This document shows positions 62,301 through 64,000 of a stretch of DNA of 64,000 nt, in pieces; the stretch's first letter is position 1; every line of letters starts with the position of its first letter. The DNA comes from Rhizophagus irregularis (taxonomy: Eukaryota): positions 3,038,001 to 3,102,000 of the forward strand of contig NC_089435.1 in NCBI RefSeq assembly GCF_026210795.1, in the 5' to 3' direction. The position numbers and the translations under genes were made by a program. The notes under the pieces are model-generated. The model saw nothing but the letters and a program-made list of their open reading frames with translations, was not told the DNA's origin and did no database searches.

Positions 62301-62541
62301 AACGCAAAAGTAACGTATGAATAGAAAATAATAAATTTAGCCCACATCTATTTTCATTAATAATTTTACGAAGTTGATTAAAAATAATGGGGTGATTAGC
62401 GAAAATTTCATTACAATCAAAAAGTAAAAAATAAATCTCTTTCTCCAATCTGAAAATATCTATTAATGCACCATATTCTTTGTGTTTGTTTCTAATAATG
62501 ATGGATGATGGATTATAAGTTTGAAGTTGAATTAAACTCAT
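59394..62541 (-). CDS. Multi-exon hypothetical protein with an acidic low-complexity C-terminal tract; apparent frameshift at ~61163-61166
   Basis: ORFs 61495-62541, 61154-61408, 60477-61082 and 59394-60014 are linked by GT-AG introns. One extra G in the G4 run would join 61154-61408 to the frame of 60477-61082. Confidence 0.6.
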
Positions 62542-64000
62542 TCTTCATTGAGCAATAAACTCGTGAGTAAATTACAAGAAAAAAAATTAATTATAATATA
62601 TATTTTTATTTATTTTTATATACTCCTTAAATCAATAAATCAGCTCAATATTTATTAAACAAGAATCTAATGATATCACAATATTAAATCCAGGTAATTA
62701 TAACTATTGATTACTTGATGTGATTAATAACGAAAAACTCCTACGCAACACGAAAAAAACGAAACGACATAAATAGATGATTTCACGTGCGATTGCACAA
62801 TATTTGTTCATTAATTTCTAAGTAGGACAATAAGTTTTGGTACGACGTGAGGCAAGAGGTTGTCTAAAAAAAACCATTTATATAAATACTAAACTGAACC
62901 AAATTAAAATTTATATTTCATTATTTTGTATTGAAATTCAAGCATGATTTAAATTGATTATCAATGTTAATTTTTATTATTATCAGTTAAATATGTAATA
63001 CAGTATCTACTGTACATCTCGCCCTTTTTGAACTATTATTACTAATATTGATAGGTTATTTATAGGCTTTTATATCTATCTCATTAATAAATACTAATTA
63101 TTATTAGGAACCGTGGGATAAAAATACAAACATACTTAAGCTCCTTTAATATCATTACTTTATATCATTAATTCATTATATAAAGTTATGGCAAATAAGA
63201 GCGACTTAAAGAGTTTGCCTTGATTGAAATTGTTTGGGTACGATGTGAAATTTCAGGAACGTAAAATAGATCCAAACTTTAAAATCGAACACTGGTAATT
63301 AATGTTTATTTTGTAAATGAATTTATTATATGTCAAATTCTTAAATTTACTAACTTAAAAGTTCTTGTTAATTAATTATTATAGCTTAATTCAACTTACA
63401 TCGGACCCATAGCTGGATTAAAAGTTAAAAAAGATTCCCTTTTTAATTTTAAAAAATTCGCAAGTTCCAGGCATATTATCAAATATGAAAACCCTCTATA
63501 GGTAATAAAAACATAAAATTTTATAGTCTATTTATAGATGAAAGGCAGTTGGGGTTTGCAACCCATAATTCAAAATCTATGGTTTTTAGGTGTATATATG
63601 GAAATAGAAATGTTGGGGAAAAAGTACAAATTTCATATTTTCATATAAGCCCTAAATCAAGCAAATCATATAAATTTTTTGACAAAGCTTGAAGATTTCG
63701 AAGATTGAAAAATATAAACACATTTCGCTTCTTTCCTCCTACTAATTAGTAAGCCTTATTTCAGTTATTTGACATATAGCACTAAACTTATTTCATTTCT
63801 GGTTTATATATATATTTAATTTTCATTTTTAGTTGTATATTAACTGTTGGATTCCTTTTGGTCAGGATTATATTTTATTAGTTTTATTATTTTCGAGTTT
63901 CTTCATACTGCATATTCATCGTTTCGATCGTATTTTTTCGGTTATATTTTATTTTCATTTTCGTTCGTTATATTATCGGCTTCGATTATTTTTTTTCGGG

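Overview
Very AT-rich, intron-containing eukaryotic DNA. Its gene families (TKL kinases, kinase-Sel1, BTB/BACK-TLDc, F-box/LRR, TRP-like channel) point to an arbuscular mycorrhizal fungus such as Rhizophagus; this is inference. The centrepiece is a complete 12.0-kb Polinton/Maverick-type element (11857-23865) with AGTAGT...ACTACT ends, long TIRs and a 5-bp TSD (TAAGA). It encodes a protein-primed PolB and an rve integrase. I can recognise no double-jelly-roll capsid, penton, packaging ATPase or adenoviral-type protease in it. Instead it carries a retrotransposon-type Gag (capsid plus CCHC knuckle), a retropepsin-like protease and a zinc finger joined at poly-A frame junctions, with no RT or LTRs. 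It also carries a TBP-like protein resembling asfarvirus B263R, two F-box-like genes and a shared 24-bp upstream motif. The rest of the window holds host multigene-family members (several frameshifted or pseudogenised), a decayed P-like DNA transposon nested in a probable solo LTR, several MITEs (one duplicating a splice acceptor), and satellite and foldback arrays. All family assignments come from motif recognition by eye, with no database search.
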